From Octopus vulgaris (taxonomy: Eukaryota): a stretch of 64,000 nt of DNA. The translations under genes were made by a program, and so were the position numbers. Under the pieces are notes generated by a model, which worked only from the letters and a program-made list of their open reading frames with translations, searched no databases and was not told where the DNA came from. Every line of letters starts with the position of its first letter. Position 1 is the stretch's first letter. The stretch spans positions 99,634,001 to 99,698,000 of the forward strand of contig OX597822.1 of assembly GCA_951406725.2 (NCBI GenBank), in the 5' to 3' direction. This document shows positions 24,423-38,020 of this stretch, piece by piece.

Positions 24423-24820
24423 GATGCAGGCTTGGCTAAATGATAAGAAGTTTGCTTCCCAACCATAAGGCTCTGGGTTCAGTCCCACTGTGTGGTTCCT
24501 TGGGCAAGTGCCTTCTACTATAGCCTTGGGCCAACCAAAGTCTTGTGATTGGATTTGGTAGATGGAAACTGAAAGAAGCCCATTGTACATGGGAGTGGAA
24601 GTGGGTGTGTACCTTTGTGTCTGTGTTTCTCCCCCACTACAACTTGTTGGTCTATTTACATCCTCGTAACTTAGGAGTCCAGCAAAAGGGGCTGATTGAA
24701 TAAATATCAGGTTTAAAAAATAAGTATTGGGGTTGATTTGTTTCACTAAACCCTTCAAAGTGGTGCCCCAGCTTGGCCTCAGTCCAATGACTGAAACAAG
24801 TAAAAATAAAGACAGAATAA
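24423..24820 (+). mobile_element. Full-length family A SINE, diverged
   Basis: Head, core and tail. Confidence 0.8.
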
Positions 24821-25003
24821 GATAAAGTTAGCTACCAACAATAAAACTGTCATATAACTTGTTCTAGCTGCGGCCATGCTGGGGCACTGCTGTTAATGTT
24901 GCTTTCATTTCATTTCCATACATCGACATCTTTCTTCTCTTCTCTCTATAGTTAGTCTTTAATGAACAATGGAGTTGTTTTACATGTTTATTTTTATTCT
25001 GTA

Positions 25004-25436
25004 CTAGCAGCATAGCCCGGCGTTGCCCGGGTATGTTAGAGCCCCTAGTAGGCAACGACTAATCCCAATCTATTTCTTTCCCTCTAGGGAACGAAGGCGC
25101 ATGTGTAGGTTGCAATGTCTTCTCTTCACTCGAATACTTCTGTGTATACGATGTTCCTAGCTGTCTCCCGATTGCAAGTTGAAAAAACTACAACAGAAAA
25201 TGTGTCGCATATAAAAAGCTTAGATTATCGACCCCTATGTTGAATTTATCGATTTTTTATCAGAACTGGGGGAACTTTTCAAAATTTTCGCTGCGTTAGT
25301 TTTGAATTATGACATTGGGCTATGTGTGTGTCAAGTTTCATCAGAATCGGTTGAAAGCCGTGGTCAGGGTGAGGGTACAACCTGACAGACACACAGACAC
25401 ACAGACAGACAAACTGCCGTTTATATATAGAGAAGA
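25004..25436 (-). mobile_element. Non-autonomous Helitron (Lep1-like)
   Basis: Minus: A|TC 5' end, (CTGT)n tract, subterminal hairpin CCCGG-gcaacg-CCGGG, 3' CTAG|T. Confidence 0.85.
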
Positions 25437-25740
25437 TAACAATTTACAAACAATGGTAGCAAGTTCCCAACAATCTACAGTCCGTGCTGTATCTCTTATG
25501 ATGAGGGTGTAAAGCAAATATCAAACTAGAAGCAGAACAAATATCTAAAGGGACTTGATTCATAAAGCACCAGCTTTTCATTTTTCAAACTGATCTTAAC
25601 CATCTCCATAGATATGCATAATGAAAGTAGATGTACATGCATGTATGTATATATATATATTAATATCTTTATATATATGTATGTATGTGTACATGCATGT
25701 ATTAATGTATATATCTGTATAAACATTCACACACACATAC

Positions 25741-26150
25741 TCTCTTTTTCTCTTTTACTTGTTTCAGTCATTTGACTGCAGCCATGCTGGAGCACTGCCT
25801 TCAGTCAAGCAAATCGACCCTGGGACTTATTCTTTGTAAGCCCAGTACTTATTCTATCGGTCTCTTTTGCCGAACCGCTAAGTGACGGGGGCGCAAAAAC
25901 ACACCAGCATCGGTTGTCAAGCAATGCTAGGGGGACAGACACAGACACACAAACACACACACATACATATATATATACATATATACGACAGGCTTCTTTC
26001 AGTTTCCGTCTACCAAATCCACTCACAAGGCATTGGTCGGCCCGGGGCTATAGCAGAAGACACTTGCCCAAGATGCCACGCAGTGGGACTGAACCCGGAA
26101 CAATGTAGTTGGTTAGCAAGCTACTTACCACACAGCCACTCCTGCACCTA
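25741..26150 (-). mobile_element. Full-length family A SINE
   Basis: Head, core and tail; CpGs largely retained (young). Confidence 0.85.
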
Positions 26151-27061
26151 TGTACATATACAAATATGTACATATACACACACAAATGTAGATAGATAGA
26201 TAAATGGATAGATGGAGAGATGGATGGATGGATGGATGGATGGATGGATAGATAGATGGTACAACAAGCTTACACACATATTTTTAAATCTACCAAATCC
26301 TATTCACAAGTATTAGTCAACCAGTGGCTGGGTTAGAAAAGTTTAAAAAAACAACTTTCCAAAGCTTCCATGCACTGGGATCGAACCTGGAACCACATGG
26401 ATGCTGTGACAATAAACAACTAAACCTCACAGCCATTTCGATATTACGACCTGACTCGCAGATCCACAAAACGCTAAATCATAAACTGCAGTAAACTTGG
26501 TTGCACTGCTAATCTGTAGCTTCTGTTGCTGCTGCAGCTACTGTGCATCAAACAGAAAAGCGCACAGTGCGAAAGCAAAAATCCTCCCACGCCTCCCTCC
26601 TCCACTTCATTATCAAATATTACCACCACCACCACCACTGCTGTCGCTGTCAACACCACCACTACCACCACTGTAACATTGAAACAAGAACATGTAACTG
26701 TTCTTTATAATAATTTTATACGTAATAATATTATATATATCGCATATAATTTTATACATAACAGAAGAATACATTATTCAAATCCTTTATGGTAAATTCG
26801 CTAGCATGATGCCATTGTAACTAAATCAGAAACTAGCGATTAGAATAGGTAAAGAACCATCACATAAATTTATGGCTTATACGCTAAATATCAAATTTCT
26901 TTTCTTATAATTTTTTTACTACATATATATATATAGGTTATATTTTGTTTTATTTTTTATTTATATACATACAAAAACAGAGCATTAGGCACTAAGATGT
27001 TGGGAAATGTGAAGAAGAATCATGAATATTCTGTTGGCATACTAACATATAAAGTGTTATT

Positions 27062-27401
27062 GAGAGAGAATTGAGAAGCACTCCGTCGTTTACGACGATG
27101 AGGGTCCCAGCTGATACGATCAATGGAACAGCTTGCTCGTGAAATTAACGTGCAAGTGGCTGAGCACTCCACAGACACGTGTACCCTTAACATAGTTCTC
27201 AGGGAGATTCGGTGTGGCACAGAGTGTGACAAGGCTGGCCCTTTGAAATACAGGTACTACTCATTTTTGCCAGCTGAGTGGACTGGAGCAACGTGAAATA
27301 GAGTGTCTTGCTCAAGGACACAATGCGTCGCCTGGAATCGAACTCACAGCCTTACGATCATGAGTGGAATGCCCTAACCACTAAGCCACGTGCCTTCACC
27401 C
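27062..27401 (-). mobile_element. Full-length family D SINE
   Basis: A/B boxes; 11-bp TSD AAAGTGTTATT (27051-27061, 27402-27412). Confidence 0.9.
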
Positions 27402-28448
27402 AAAGTGTTATTATGAATGAGTGTCAGACCAGTTTCACAGCCAATAGACTGATGGCATAGATGGAAACCCTTGTTGGTTTATCAGTGATACTAGTCGTTT
27501 CCATGGTAGTGAATGTTAGTGCATTTGAGCATTGGATAGAATGCTTTATAATATTGGTTCTGATTCTCTATATTCTGTGTTTAAAGCCAAAGTCAAGTTC
27601 CCCTTTCATCCTTTAGGTCAGGGCAGTGGATAAACGGATCAGTTTGAATATCGAACAGAGATGGGGATATCAGTTCTGGCCCTTTGCATGCTGACAGCAA
27701 TACCTTCAGTGATATTGTTGTCAAGCTTTATTGGGCTTAAGAAAGGGAGAAATGTTCCCTTAAAGAAAATGGGTGTGTAGAGAGGAAATTAGCATATGAG
27801 AGCAACTATGTATTTTCCCTTGACCAGGCTTGCACACACAGGTACAAATATATGGTTGGCTTCAACTAACAGAAGCAAGAGATATTATGTGCTTACTCGT
27901 AATTGTGCCACTTGATATCCTCAATCCCTATCAGAGCAATAAATGGATTTAAGATGGATCAGCTTGTGAGACAATGCAGTCATCAAAAGTGTGTGACAGT
28001 GACTCCAAAATTAAGGAATGACTTGAGGTATACAGAAAACTGGTCCATCTATCTGGGTATTTGCTATTACTGTGGTCCCATCTGATGGGCCCTGAAATGA
28101 CTAGTATGCTTGCAGATGCTAGTAGCTTTAGATTATATTAATTATTTCAACACTTCAGGGGCCGAGCTTCACCTCGCATCCCCCAACATGGCAATTGCAT
28201 GATAATCTTTCAAATCTATCCACTGATTACACCAGCACCTTATCATTCAACACAACACATATCTGAGGCAATGCATGCCAAGGGCCACACACAAGATACT
28301 CAGAAAATACTACTATCCAGTTTGGTTGGTTGGCGTTAGGAAGGGCATCCAGCTGTAGAGACTCTGCCAGATCAGATTGGAGTTTGGTTCGCCAGACCTT
28401 AGTCAAATCATCCAACCCATGCTAGCATGGAAAGCGGACGTTAAACGC

Positions 28449-28480
<32 letters not shown>

Positions 28481-29169
28481 GGGAAACAGGAGACAACGGA
28501 GCTAGGAATTATTCCTTGGCTTACATGCAGTTGCTAACCATATAAAATCTTGTCATGTTTGCACAGCTCAACAAGTCTCCTATTATAATTCTGCTCTATG
28601 CCAAAAGTGTCAAATGTACAAGGTAGATATAGCCTATGACCCACTTAAGAAAACAATAGCTCCACAGAAGAACTGAAATCGATGGCAACAACTCATCTAA
28701 CTCATGCCATCTTGAAAAGGCAAATGTAAAATGATGACGGTGGTGGTGGTGGTGTTGACAGCGGCGGTGCTGATGGTGCTTATAGTTTGTTTATGGCAGG
28801 CATCCACTTCTCACTTTTTATTTTCTTTGTTCTCCCCTCCACTCTCTTTCTCTCTCTCTCCCACCCACTCCCACACTTTCATGCAACCACCACTATTGTT
28901 TACAGCAAGAACACAGACAAAAAGACACTGGGAGATGAGTTGAAGATGTTATATGTATGCTTGATATGATTTGAAAGATGGCAGACTTAGATCAGTGGGA
29001 AGATAGTGAAGCTGTACAATTTTATGATATTGAATATAAGACTTTTTCACAATTATAATTCTTCTTTGTATTAAACTGTGTGTATATACACACACACACA
29101 ACAACAACAACAACAACAACAAGTGTCACACTGAAGTAAGTATATAAGACAATATCTCAATGAGTTTCT

Positions 29170-29203
29170 CTCTCACTGTGTACACACAATTTCTCTCTCT
29201 CTT

Positions 29204-29234
<31 letters not shown>

Positions 29235-29249
29235 TTCTCTCTCTCTCTT

Positions 29250-29297
<48 letters not shown>

Positions 29298-29310
29298 ACA
29301 CACACACACA
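29170..29310. repeat. (CT)n/(CA)n microsatellite
   Basis: Direct. Confidence 0.95.
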
Positions 29311-29863
29311 TGTACTAAACAAATGTTTAGAAGTGAATATATATATTTTGATATACATGTATATATACATACACACACACATGAAAGTATGTGAGTGTGT
29401 ATATGATTGTGTGAGTGTATGTGTGTGTGCGTGCATGTGTGCACGTGTTTGTGTGTGTGTATGTGTGTGTGTGTGTCTGTACGCATGCATATACTTACAT
29501 GCACACAGATACACTCACACAATATAGTATTTTTCTACGTAACCACATTCATTGCTGTTGCTCGGCAACATGTCAATCTTGGTCCAACAAGCCTGCGATC
29601 AAAGGGATTCCAGTTATGATCATAGTATTTTAGTATTTGTTTAGGCTTAGTGTATTTAGGACTACATCATCTAATGTCTTCTTCCTTTTAGAATATATAG
29701 TAAAAATGTAATTTGTGGAAAATTTGGCAGCTTTTCTAGCAGGCCTAGAGATCATGCCTAGGTTCCCTTAAAACTGCTAGCTGTTGTTGCTGTTTAGCCC
29801 TGGGTCATCTCTGAATGAGTAGGCCTATAACTACATGCATTCTAGCTCTGATCCAGACATTAA

Positions 29864-29894
<31 letters not shown>

Positions 29895-29906
29895 GTTATT
29901 ATTATT

Positions 29907-30414
29907 GAGTGAGAGAGCAGTGCATGTCATCAAAGTGACACTGGGGTAAAATATACGAAGCCCAGAATACCCCGATTGACTACCCGTCTGATAAGGGTAC
30001 ACCAGGCACATGCATCACAACCATATGTGTGCGACATGGTGATCTCATATCAAGATAAACAGCGCATGACCTTGCAGGTGGGGCCCAGTTAGAATTTTCT
30101 TCTGGTCGAGTGGCCCATCCCACTCAAGAGGTCCCTGAATAAGGATTGTTTAAGGATGTTGAACGAGTCACCCATGTTTCCAGAGGTGAATTATCCAAAC
30201 CTCCAAGAATTCCTTTCAACACATGACTATGATGCTTCCCCACTACTTCTGCTCGTGATCAGAGATGCACATATCTTCAGCCCCTAAGGGACATGGTCAA
30301 CTGGTTACGGTCAAATAACTGACAATTAAATCTGTGGTATTGATCAGAATATTTGCTGTAGCCCATCTTTTATACCCAAGACAAAACAACGTACATGATA
30401 ACACTTCCAATCAG
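29907..30414. mobile_element. Unclassified ~510-bp element embedded in an (ATT)n microsatellite
   Basis: GC-richer block with (ATT)n on both sides. Confidence 0.55.
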
Positions 30415-30791
30415 TTTTTTATTATTATAATTATTATTATTATTATTATTATTATCATTATTATTATTATTATTATAATTTATGTCTAACTACATTGCCC
30501 AATGCATTTTATATGCTAGTGTGATTTCAAAGAGAATTGGTTTTTATTTCTAGCAGATTAGTGACCATGATGATCCCTTATTGGTTTGATGGAATGACCA
30601 TAAATTTTCCATTTACTGGTAGAGATCACAGTTTTGCAAGATGTTGGGTGAGGGTGTGTTATAAATGGTAGTAATTGCAACAATGGTAAAGTTAATTATA
30701 ATACAACAACAACTATCAAATATCACATGGTTGATACCTTGGAAGACTTCAGTTACAATTAATTACATTCTAATGTTAAGTGATGCCATAC

Positions 30792-30810
30792 CTGACTTAT
30801 GGGACATGTT
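30792..30810 (-). other. Candidate 19-nt exon containing AAC-ATG
   Basis: tttgtcacttttgtag|AACATGTCCCATAAGTCAG|gtatgg. Confidence 0.3.
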
Positions 30811-31334
30811 CTACAAAAGTGACAAATTTATAGAGACAGGAAGGCATCAGGTTATCAGATTCAACGCTCTGTAGAGTTTCGAGCAGTCTTTTGCTTTGAG
30901 CCCAAATCTCAAGGTGGAGGTTAGAAAAACAAGAGCTATAATACTATCATGATTGATTCAGTCAATCAATACCCAACTGACCAAAAAGTTCAATACATTA
31001 ACCAAGTTACAATATTTGTGACCAAGTGATTAGGGGTTCAGTTCCACTGCATGAACACTGACAGCAGATTTTTTTAATTCTATATTTGTGAACCAGCCAA
31101 TGTCTTGTGAGGGAAGTTGATAGACAGAAAGTGAAGAGGCGTGTTGTATGTATTAATATTACATGCAAACATACAACCATATTAATAAAAAAAATATTTG
31201 TAATACAATTGGCAGAAGTTATGTGTTTATACACACACACACACACACACATATTGGAAAATGTGTGAGATTCTTGGTACAGTTAGGTATATTTGGAAAA
31301 AGAAAAAAAATGACTTCAGTGATAGTTCTAATCA

Positions 31335-31745
31335 GTTTACTCTTTTACTTGTTTCAGTCATTTGACTGTGGCCATACTGGAGCACCGCCTTTAGTCGAAC
31401 TCATCAACCCCCCAGGACTTATTCTTTGTAAGCCTAGTACTTATTCTATCAGTCTCTTTTTGCTGAACTGCTAAGTTATGGGGACGTAAACAGACCAGCA
31501 CCGGTTGTCAAGTGATGTTGGGGAGACAAAACACAGACACACAAACACATACATATATATATATATATACACACATATATACGACGGGCTTCTTTCAGTT
31601 TCCATCTACCAAATCCACTCACAAGGCTTTGGTCAGCCTGAGGCTATAGTAGAAGACACTTACCCAAGGTGCCACACAGTGAGAATGAACCCAGAACCAT
31701 GTGGTTCATAAGCAAGCTACTTACCACACAGCCACTCCTGCACCT
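31335..31745 (-). mobile_element. Full-length family A SINE
   Basis: Head, core and tail. Confidence 0.85.
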
Positions 31746-32334
31746 GTTTAATTTATTATTTTTTAATTTTTTAAATAATATTTTTAATTTTTTAATAATT
31801 GTGTAAAATTTATAAACACTGGTGGTGGTGAGGGACAAATACACACACACACACACCACATCACACTACACCACACTCATATAGATATAACAGGCTTCCA
31901 CACAGTTTTCATCAACCCAATTCACGAAAGCATTTACCCAAGAAGCTACAGAGTGAGATTGAACAAAAAAACCACATGGTTGCTTCTTAACTATGCAGCC
32001 ATACCTACTTTATAATATTTTACAATATATATTTTGTATAATGTAATATTATTATATCATATTATTATTACATTTAATAAAAGATCTACAATCTATGCTT
32101 ATTGATGATAAGAATGTTGGTATGTACATGAGAGTCTGCATGCATGTGCAGGTGAGTCTGAGTATTTACACACACACATACACACACACACACATAACAA
32201 AAGAGAAGGTGTATTTCCATGCAGGAAAAGATATAGAAAAATCTGTTGTTGAAAGTGCAACCTAAATTTGAAAAACTTGTAATTGTTTTTAAATAAATTT
32301 ACTTACATACATACCAAACTAGTTTCAACAACAT

Positions 32335-32910
32335 TTATGCAACTAAAACCTGAGTGTCTTTTTAGTTTAGCTGAAAGCAGTTTTGGCACAAACTTGGCAG
32401 ACACGCGTCTCATACCCAAATCTTCAGTGATAATGGACTGAACTGAGCCATAACTAATCTGCACATCCTCTGATAACTCACAGATGGTGATTCGATGCCC
32501 CCGCCCCCAGCTACATGCACATCTGCAATGTTTTTCTCAGTTCTGCTGGTTGTGGGTCTTCCAGAACGTTCATCAATATCGACATTTTTTCAGTCATCTG
32601 AAACATCAGAACCAATTGTACTTTTATGTGCAGCTTGTGCACTCCTCTCCATACACTTTCTGCAACTTTGTGTAGGCCTCTGAGCAGGTATCGCTATGAC
32701 AACTTTCACTGTCATGGTCAATGCAATGATCACACGCTACACACCTTCCTTCCAAGCACTGCTGTAAACTTTTGAAGTGAGCTAGAATGTTAAAACTTAG
32801 TGCACATAAACAGCAGAATTTAAGGTCAACCTGTGCCAAATGGTTTCATTTTGTGTGCTTTAGCTTCGTTACTATGGCAACAGTCCGGATACTTATTGAT
32901 CAGACCGTGT
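32335..32910 (-). mobile_element. Mariner transposon 5' half (decayed transposase N-terminus)
   Basis: TIR CACGGTCTGATCAATAAGTATCCGGACT; frameshifted EAYTKLQKVYGEEC...DERSGRPTTSRT...ITEDLGMRRVSAKFVPKLL. Confidence 0.9.
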
Positions 32911-32926
32911 GTGTATATATATATAT

Positions 32927-33124
32927 ACAGGATCTGTTGCATTCCAAAATATTAGACATTTTATTTATATTACATTATTTTTATAATTCTTTTGTTCATC
33001 GTGCACAAGTTCATGTGTATTTATTTTATTTATGTCATTCGCTTTCAGGAAAATTGAAACATGTCTTTGACACTTCTGAAGTGTACTAAAGTTACTTAGT
33101 ATGTGACTTTTGGCCCACCTTGTA
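32927..33124. mobile_element. Tc1/mariner-type terminal fragment
   Basis: Ends GACTTTTGGCCCACCTTG-TA. Confidence 0.5.
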
Positions 33125-34417
33125 TGTGTGTATATATATATATATATATAAAATATGTAATGCATCGGTATTTCTATTTATATTAGCATAGGTGACAAAA
33201 GGAAGAATATTGAGTGTATGTTGAATTCTAACCTAAAATTTAGTTCTAATGATCAAAAATACACCTAAAAGCTCTTCAAAAACAATAGCAACAACAACAA
33301 CAACAATCCAACTCTGGAAATCTTAAGTCATATGAGAATTCATCTCTGTTTACTTGTAAGAACAGCAAAATAAATCTACAAATAAATAAATAAACCGAGA
33401 AAAAAATAAAATAAAACAGAGACACTTGAAGGCAGTTATCTTATTGTTTTTTTTCACTTATGTCATATTTGTTTGTTTTATTTTGTAAGTGTGTAATATG
33501 CTTTTAGAGAGATAAAGGTTAAGGTGAAAAATAGATGTTTTGGTCTTTACGTTTTTTTTTTGTTTTGTTGCTGCTGTGTTTTTTTTTTTTATTTCTTCTT
33601 TCTTTTGGTTCACAAAGTTGATGAAAATAAAAACAGATAAAAAACAACAAACAAACAAAAAACAACAAAAAATGGTGTAGCATTTGGAGTAAAAACTTCC
33701 TACACACTATTTCTAACAAATCTCTCTCTCCCAACGTGTGTGTGTGTGTGTGTGTGTGCAAGAAGATAAAGATGCACACACACACATTTACATATACATA
33801 TATATAAATCTGTATGTGTATATATATATATATATATATATGTATACACACACACACACACATTTATATATATATATATATATATATAATACGTGTGTGT
33901 GTGTGCATATATATATATATCTGAGGTAGAATGCCTGTGAGTATATATATATATATACAACAATGCATGTTATTGAACATGAGGAATGTTTAGGCGTGGG
34001 GATGTGTGTATATATAGATATGTATGTGTGTCTGCAGGCAAATGCATAAATCCATTGACGCAGAATGAAAGAAAAGATGCTTCCATGTAATAGATTTTGT
34101 ACACACGCACACACACGCACATACATACACACACACATACACACACATACATACACACACAAATGTCCACACCTATACAAAATGAACACTAAAAATTTCC
34201 TTGTTTCAATATAGTTACTTTCAATATTTCTTGTTCATGTCAAGACTAAAAGGCTTTTTATGACTTTTCTGTCACACTCACACATGCAACACAGGCATGC
34301 ACACACCCACGCACACAAGCATGCATGCATGCACACACACATACACACAAATTCATAGAGAATTTAACTTCTCCTCTCTTGGCAGTTCTTTTATCTTCTA
34401 CTTGTTTAAGCCATTAA

Positions 34418-34637
34418 CCCTTTTGTTACTGTATTTATTTTGAGATGCTCTGTGTTTCTTTCAATTATTTTAAATATAACAAAGAATTTAGTAAAATAAC
34501 TTAGTTATCATTTAGCTAGTGTTAAGAACGTAAATTGTGACTAAGGCTTGGTGGAATATTTTAATTCAAAACTTATGGAAACAAGACATTTTACCACAGA
34601 GCCAGAGCAGGTTTTGGCCGGGTTGGTAACAAAAGGG
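34418..34637. mobile_element. piggyBac-type MITE
   Basis: TTAA-CCCTTTTGTTAC ... GTAACAAAAGGG-TTAA, perfect TIRs and TTAA TSD. Confidence 0.9.
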
Positions 34638-34831
34638 TTAATTAGACTGCAGTCATGGGACACTGTCTTGAAGAATTTTAGTCAGTCAAATCAACCCCAA
34701 TACTTATTTTTCTATAAGCCTGATACTTATTCTATAGGTCTCTTTTGCTGAACTGCTAAGTTACAGGGACGTAAACACACCAACACCAGTTGTCAAGTGG
34801 TGGTGTGGAACAAACACAGAAACAAAGACAT

Positions 34832-34873
<42 letters not shown>

Positions 34874-35574
34874 CAGGTTTCTTTCAGTTTCTGTCTACCA
34901 AATCTTTTCACAAAGTTTTGGTTGGCCCGAAGCTTTAGTAGAAGACACATCGTCATCATCATCATTATCATACTCATTAGAAGTAGTGGTATTAAGTGGT
35001 GAGTTTGCAGAATCATTAGCATGTTGGACAAAATGCTTAGTGGCATTTTGTCCATCTTCATGTTCTGGATTCAAATTCTGTCACGGTCAACTTTGCCTTT
35101 CGTTTTTTCAGGGTCGATAATCAAAAAAAGTACCACTTGAATACTGGGGTTGATGCAATCAACTTACCCGCTGTCCTGAAATTGCTGGCCTAGTGCCAAA
35201 ATCTGAAACCATTATTGTTATTATTATCTTTCAGCTCTTTACATTCTGAGTTGGAATTCTGCCTAAAGTCAAGTTTGTCTCTCATCCTTTTAAGATTAAT
35301 AAAACAAAATACCAGTTGGATTCTAGGGTTAATAAGTATTTACTAACTCCTCCCCATAAAATTGCTGGCCTGGTCCCAAAATTTGAAATTGTTATAATTA
35401 TTAATAATATGGCAAGGTAATAGAATCGTTAACATATCGGACTAAATATTTAGCGGCGTTTCTTCCGGCATTTATTTTTGGTATTTGTAATTATTTAACA
35501 CTTAATTATTATGTGATTGTTGTACCTGGTACCTTCGCTAAATGTCTTCAACAACACATTTAACCTATTCATTA

Positions 35575-35980
35575 GGGGTAGGAGTGGCTGTTTCCCAACC
35601 ACATGATTCTGGGTTCAGTCCCACTGCGTGGCACTTTGGGCAAGTGTCTTCCACTATAGCCTTGGGTGGACCAAAGCCTTGTGAGTGGATTTGGTAGATG
35701 AAAACTGAAAGTAGCCCATTGTATATATACGTATATATATATATATATATATATCTGTGTGTCTCTGTGTCAGTGTTTGTTCCCCCCACCCCCCTCACCA
35801 CTTGACAACTGATGTTGGTGTGGTTATGTCTCTGTAACTTAGCAGTTCAGCAAAAGAGACCAATAGAATAAGTACCAGGCTTGAAAAAAAAGTATAGTCA
35901 ATTCATTTGACTAAAAAAATTCAAGGCGGTACCCCAGCATGGCCACAGTCTGAAACAAATAAAAGATAAAAAATAAAAGA
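35575..35980 (+). mobile_element. Family A SINE
   Basis: Head, core and tail. Confidence 0.8.
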
Positions 35981-37230
35981 TTACCATACTGCTTTTATTC
36001 TTTTCAATTAATTTTGAAAATAATAAAGAATTTAATATGATAGCTTTGCCATTATAAATCTAGTGTTTGAAACCTAATTTGGATCACTTTGAAATAGGAA
36101 GCGTGTATCATAGAACCAAGGATAGTTTCAGAGGGGGTGATCACAAAAGGATTAAAGAATAATATTTTAGGTTCAGTTTCTCTATATTCACTGATGAGAT
36201 TTAATTCCCAAAGATACTAAACATTTATGTTAATCTTCTACAAATACTGGTATGTAGTTGGCATTTTCACTTATTCTTGTTAGATTCTATAACGGAAATT
36301 ATCACGGTACAGCAGGAGAAAATAAGCAGATAAAAGATTTAGGATTTTCAGTAAATAGAAAAATGCGATTAATAAACACATTGTTATAATATTTAATGTG
36401 ACATTAACAGCGATTGTATATGATGTCCAACTATGTTTTTCAAGCAATACAGTAATACTGACCATTATAAAGATTAGAGTAAGAATAAACAAAACAAAAA
36501 AAAATGGCTAAAACAAAAAGGATATTATCAAGACACCATAGTCGTTGGTGATATCGTATCTTGTCTGTATGTTTTTTCACATGTAAGAAGCTCGAGGCAA
36601 AAATAAAAAAAAAAATATGGAAAAGTAATAATGACAATAATAATAAATGTATGGAAGAAAGGAAGCTGTAGCAAAGATAATTGCTTCAGATGTAATTAAA
36701 TCACAAGTCTCACCTGAACATATAACTTTGGAAAGCACAGAAGCAAATAATTCATAAAAAAAAAGAATAAATAAACACAAAAAAAAAACCAGTATCATAA
36801 AAGATGAAAATAATTGAAAAAAAAAAAAGGTATACAAACTACAGATTGAATGAAATGAGATATTTGCTGGAAAAAGGAATGTAGAAATAGAAGAATGGAA
36901 AATTAATTGTTTGATCTGAGCCACATTTTCTTGATCCTTACAGAAAATCCTTGTAAATATCAGAATTTCTTTCTCATAAGAGATACTGTTTCCACCACAA
37001 CATTTTATGGTGTAGCTATCTGCAAAAATCGACTGAGGATTGTAAATTATTAATGCCATCTTTCATTTTATTCGTGTTCTACACAACACCTTTGTTTCAC
37101 CCTATTCACAGTTAATATTTGTATAAAGACACACATACACATATACACATATATATTTACACACACACACACACACACATATATATTATGTCAGCATGGA
37201 AGGTGGATATTAAGAAATGATGATAATGAT

Positions 37231-37264
<34 letters not shown>

Positions 37265-37271
<7 letters not shown>

Positions 37272-37376
37272 CATATATATACATATACACATATATACAT
37301 AGTAATATATATACAAGTAATATTTTGAATAAAGTAATATTTTATATAAAGTAATAATTATATAAAGTAATATTAA

Positions 37377-37427
<51 letters not shown>

Positions 37428-37535
37428 CATATACACATATATACATAGTAATATATATATACAAGTAATATTTTGAATAAAGTAATATTTTATATAAAGT
37501 AATAATTATATAAAGTAATATTAAATATATACATA

Positions 37536-37542
<7 letters not shown>
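37265..37542. repeat. Tandem duplication of a ~140-bp AT-rich unit bounded by (TA)n
   Basis: CAAGTAATATTTTGAATAAAGTAATA block present twice. Confidence 0.9.
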
Positions 37543-37571
<29 letters not shown>

Positions 37572-37799
37572 TGTATGTATGTATGTATATTGTCCTGAAA
37601 GGGTAGAAAATCTGAGTATTCCCAATGCAGCAATTAATGGAAACTTAAGGCTATCTACACTCTTGAATTGGGGTCTCAAGAATGATCAAATTTCTGCTGG
37701 TATAGAACATCCAAGTATTACCCTGATAAATCCCATGTGTGGGTCTAGTGAAAGGCAAAATATAATCCAAATAAGACAAAGACAGAGTTTAGCACATAA

Positions 37800-38020
37800 C
37801 CCTTTGGTGTTCGCATTATTCTGCCAAAATTAATCCTTTTTTATCTAAATTGTTTTGAACTAATCATGCATTATCTTGTAGCTATGAGATTTCAATGAGG
37901 TAGCTGTTAATTTTTAAAATGATATTGTAAGGTTAGTGTGAGAAACCAGATCTGGCCAGTCAGACCATAAAACAGGCAGAATACTTTTGGCCGGATATGG
38001 CCAGATTAAATGCTAAAGGG
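37800..38020. mobile_element. piggyBac-type MITE, second family (related copies ~11989-12190, ~47270-47465, ~60590-60750)
   Basis: CCCTTT...GCTAAAGGG-TTAA termini. Confidence 0.75.

Noticed and set aside
30060-30140. HDV-like ribozyme in the (TAA)n element
   Set aside because: Could not assign a nested double pseudoknot
32868-32881. RFX X-box-like GTTACTATGGCAAC
   Set aside because: Lies in the subterminal region of the mariner relic; no associated gene evident
36191-36230. CTGATGA motif (also 18256, 20738, 23312)
   Set aside because: No stem II followed by GAAA; no C/D box partner
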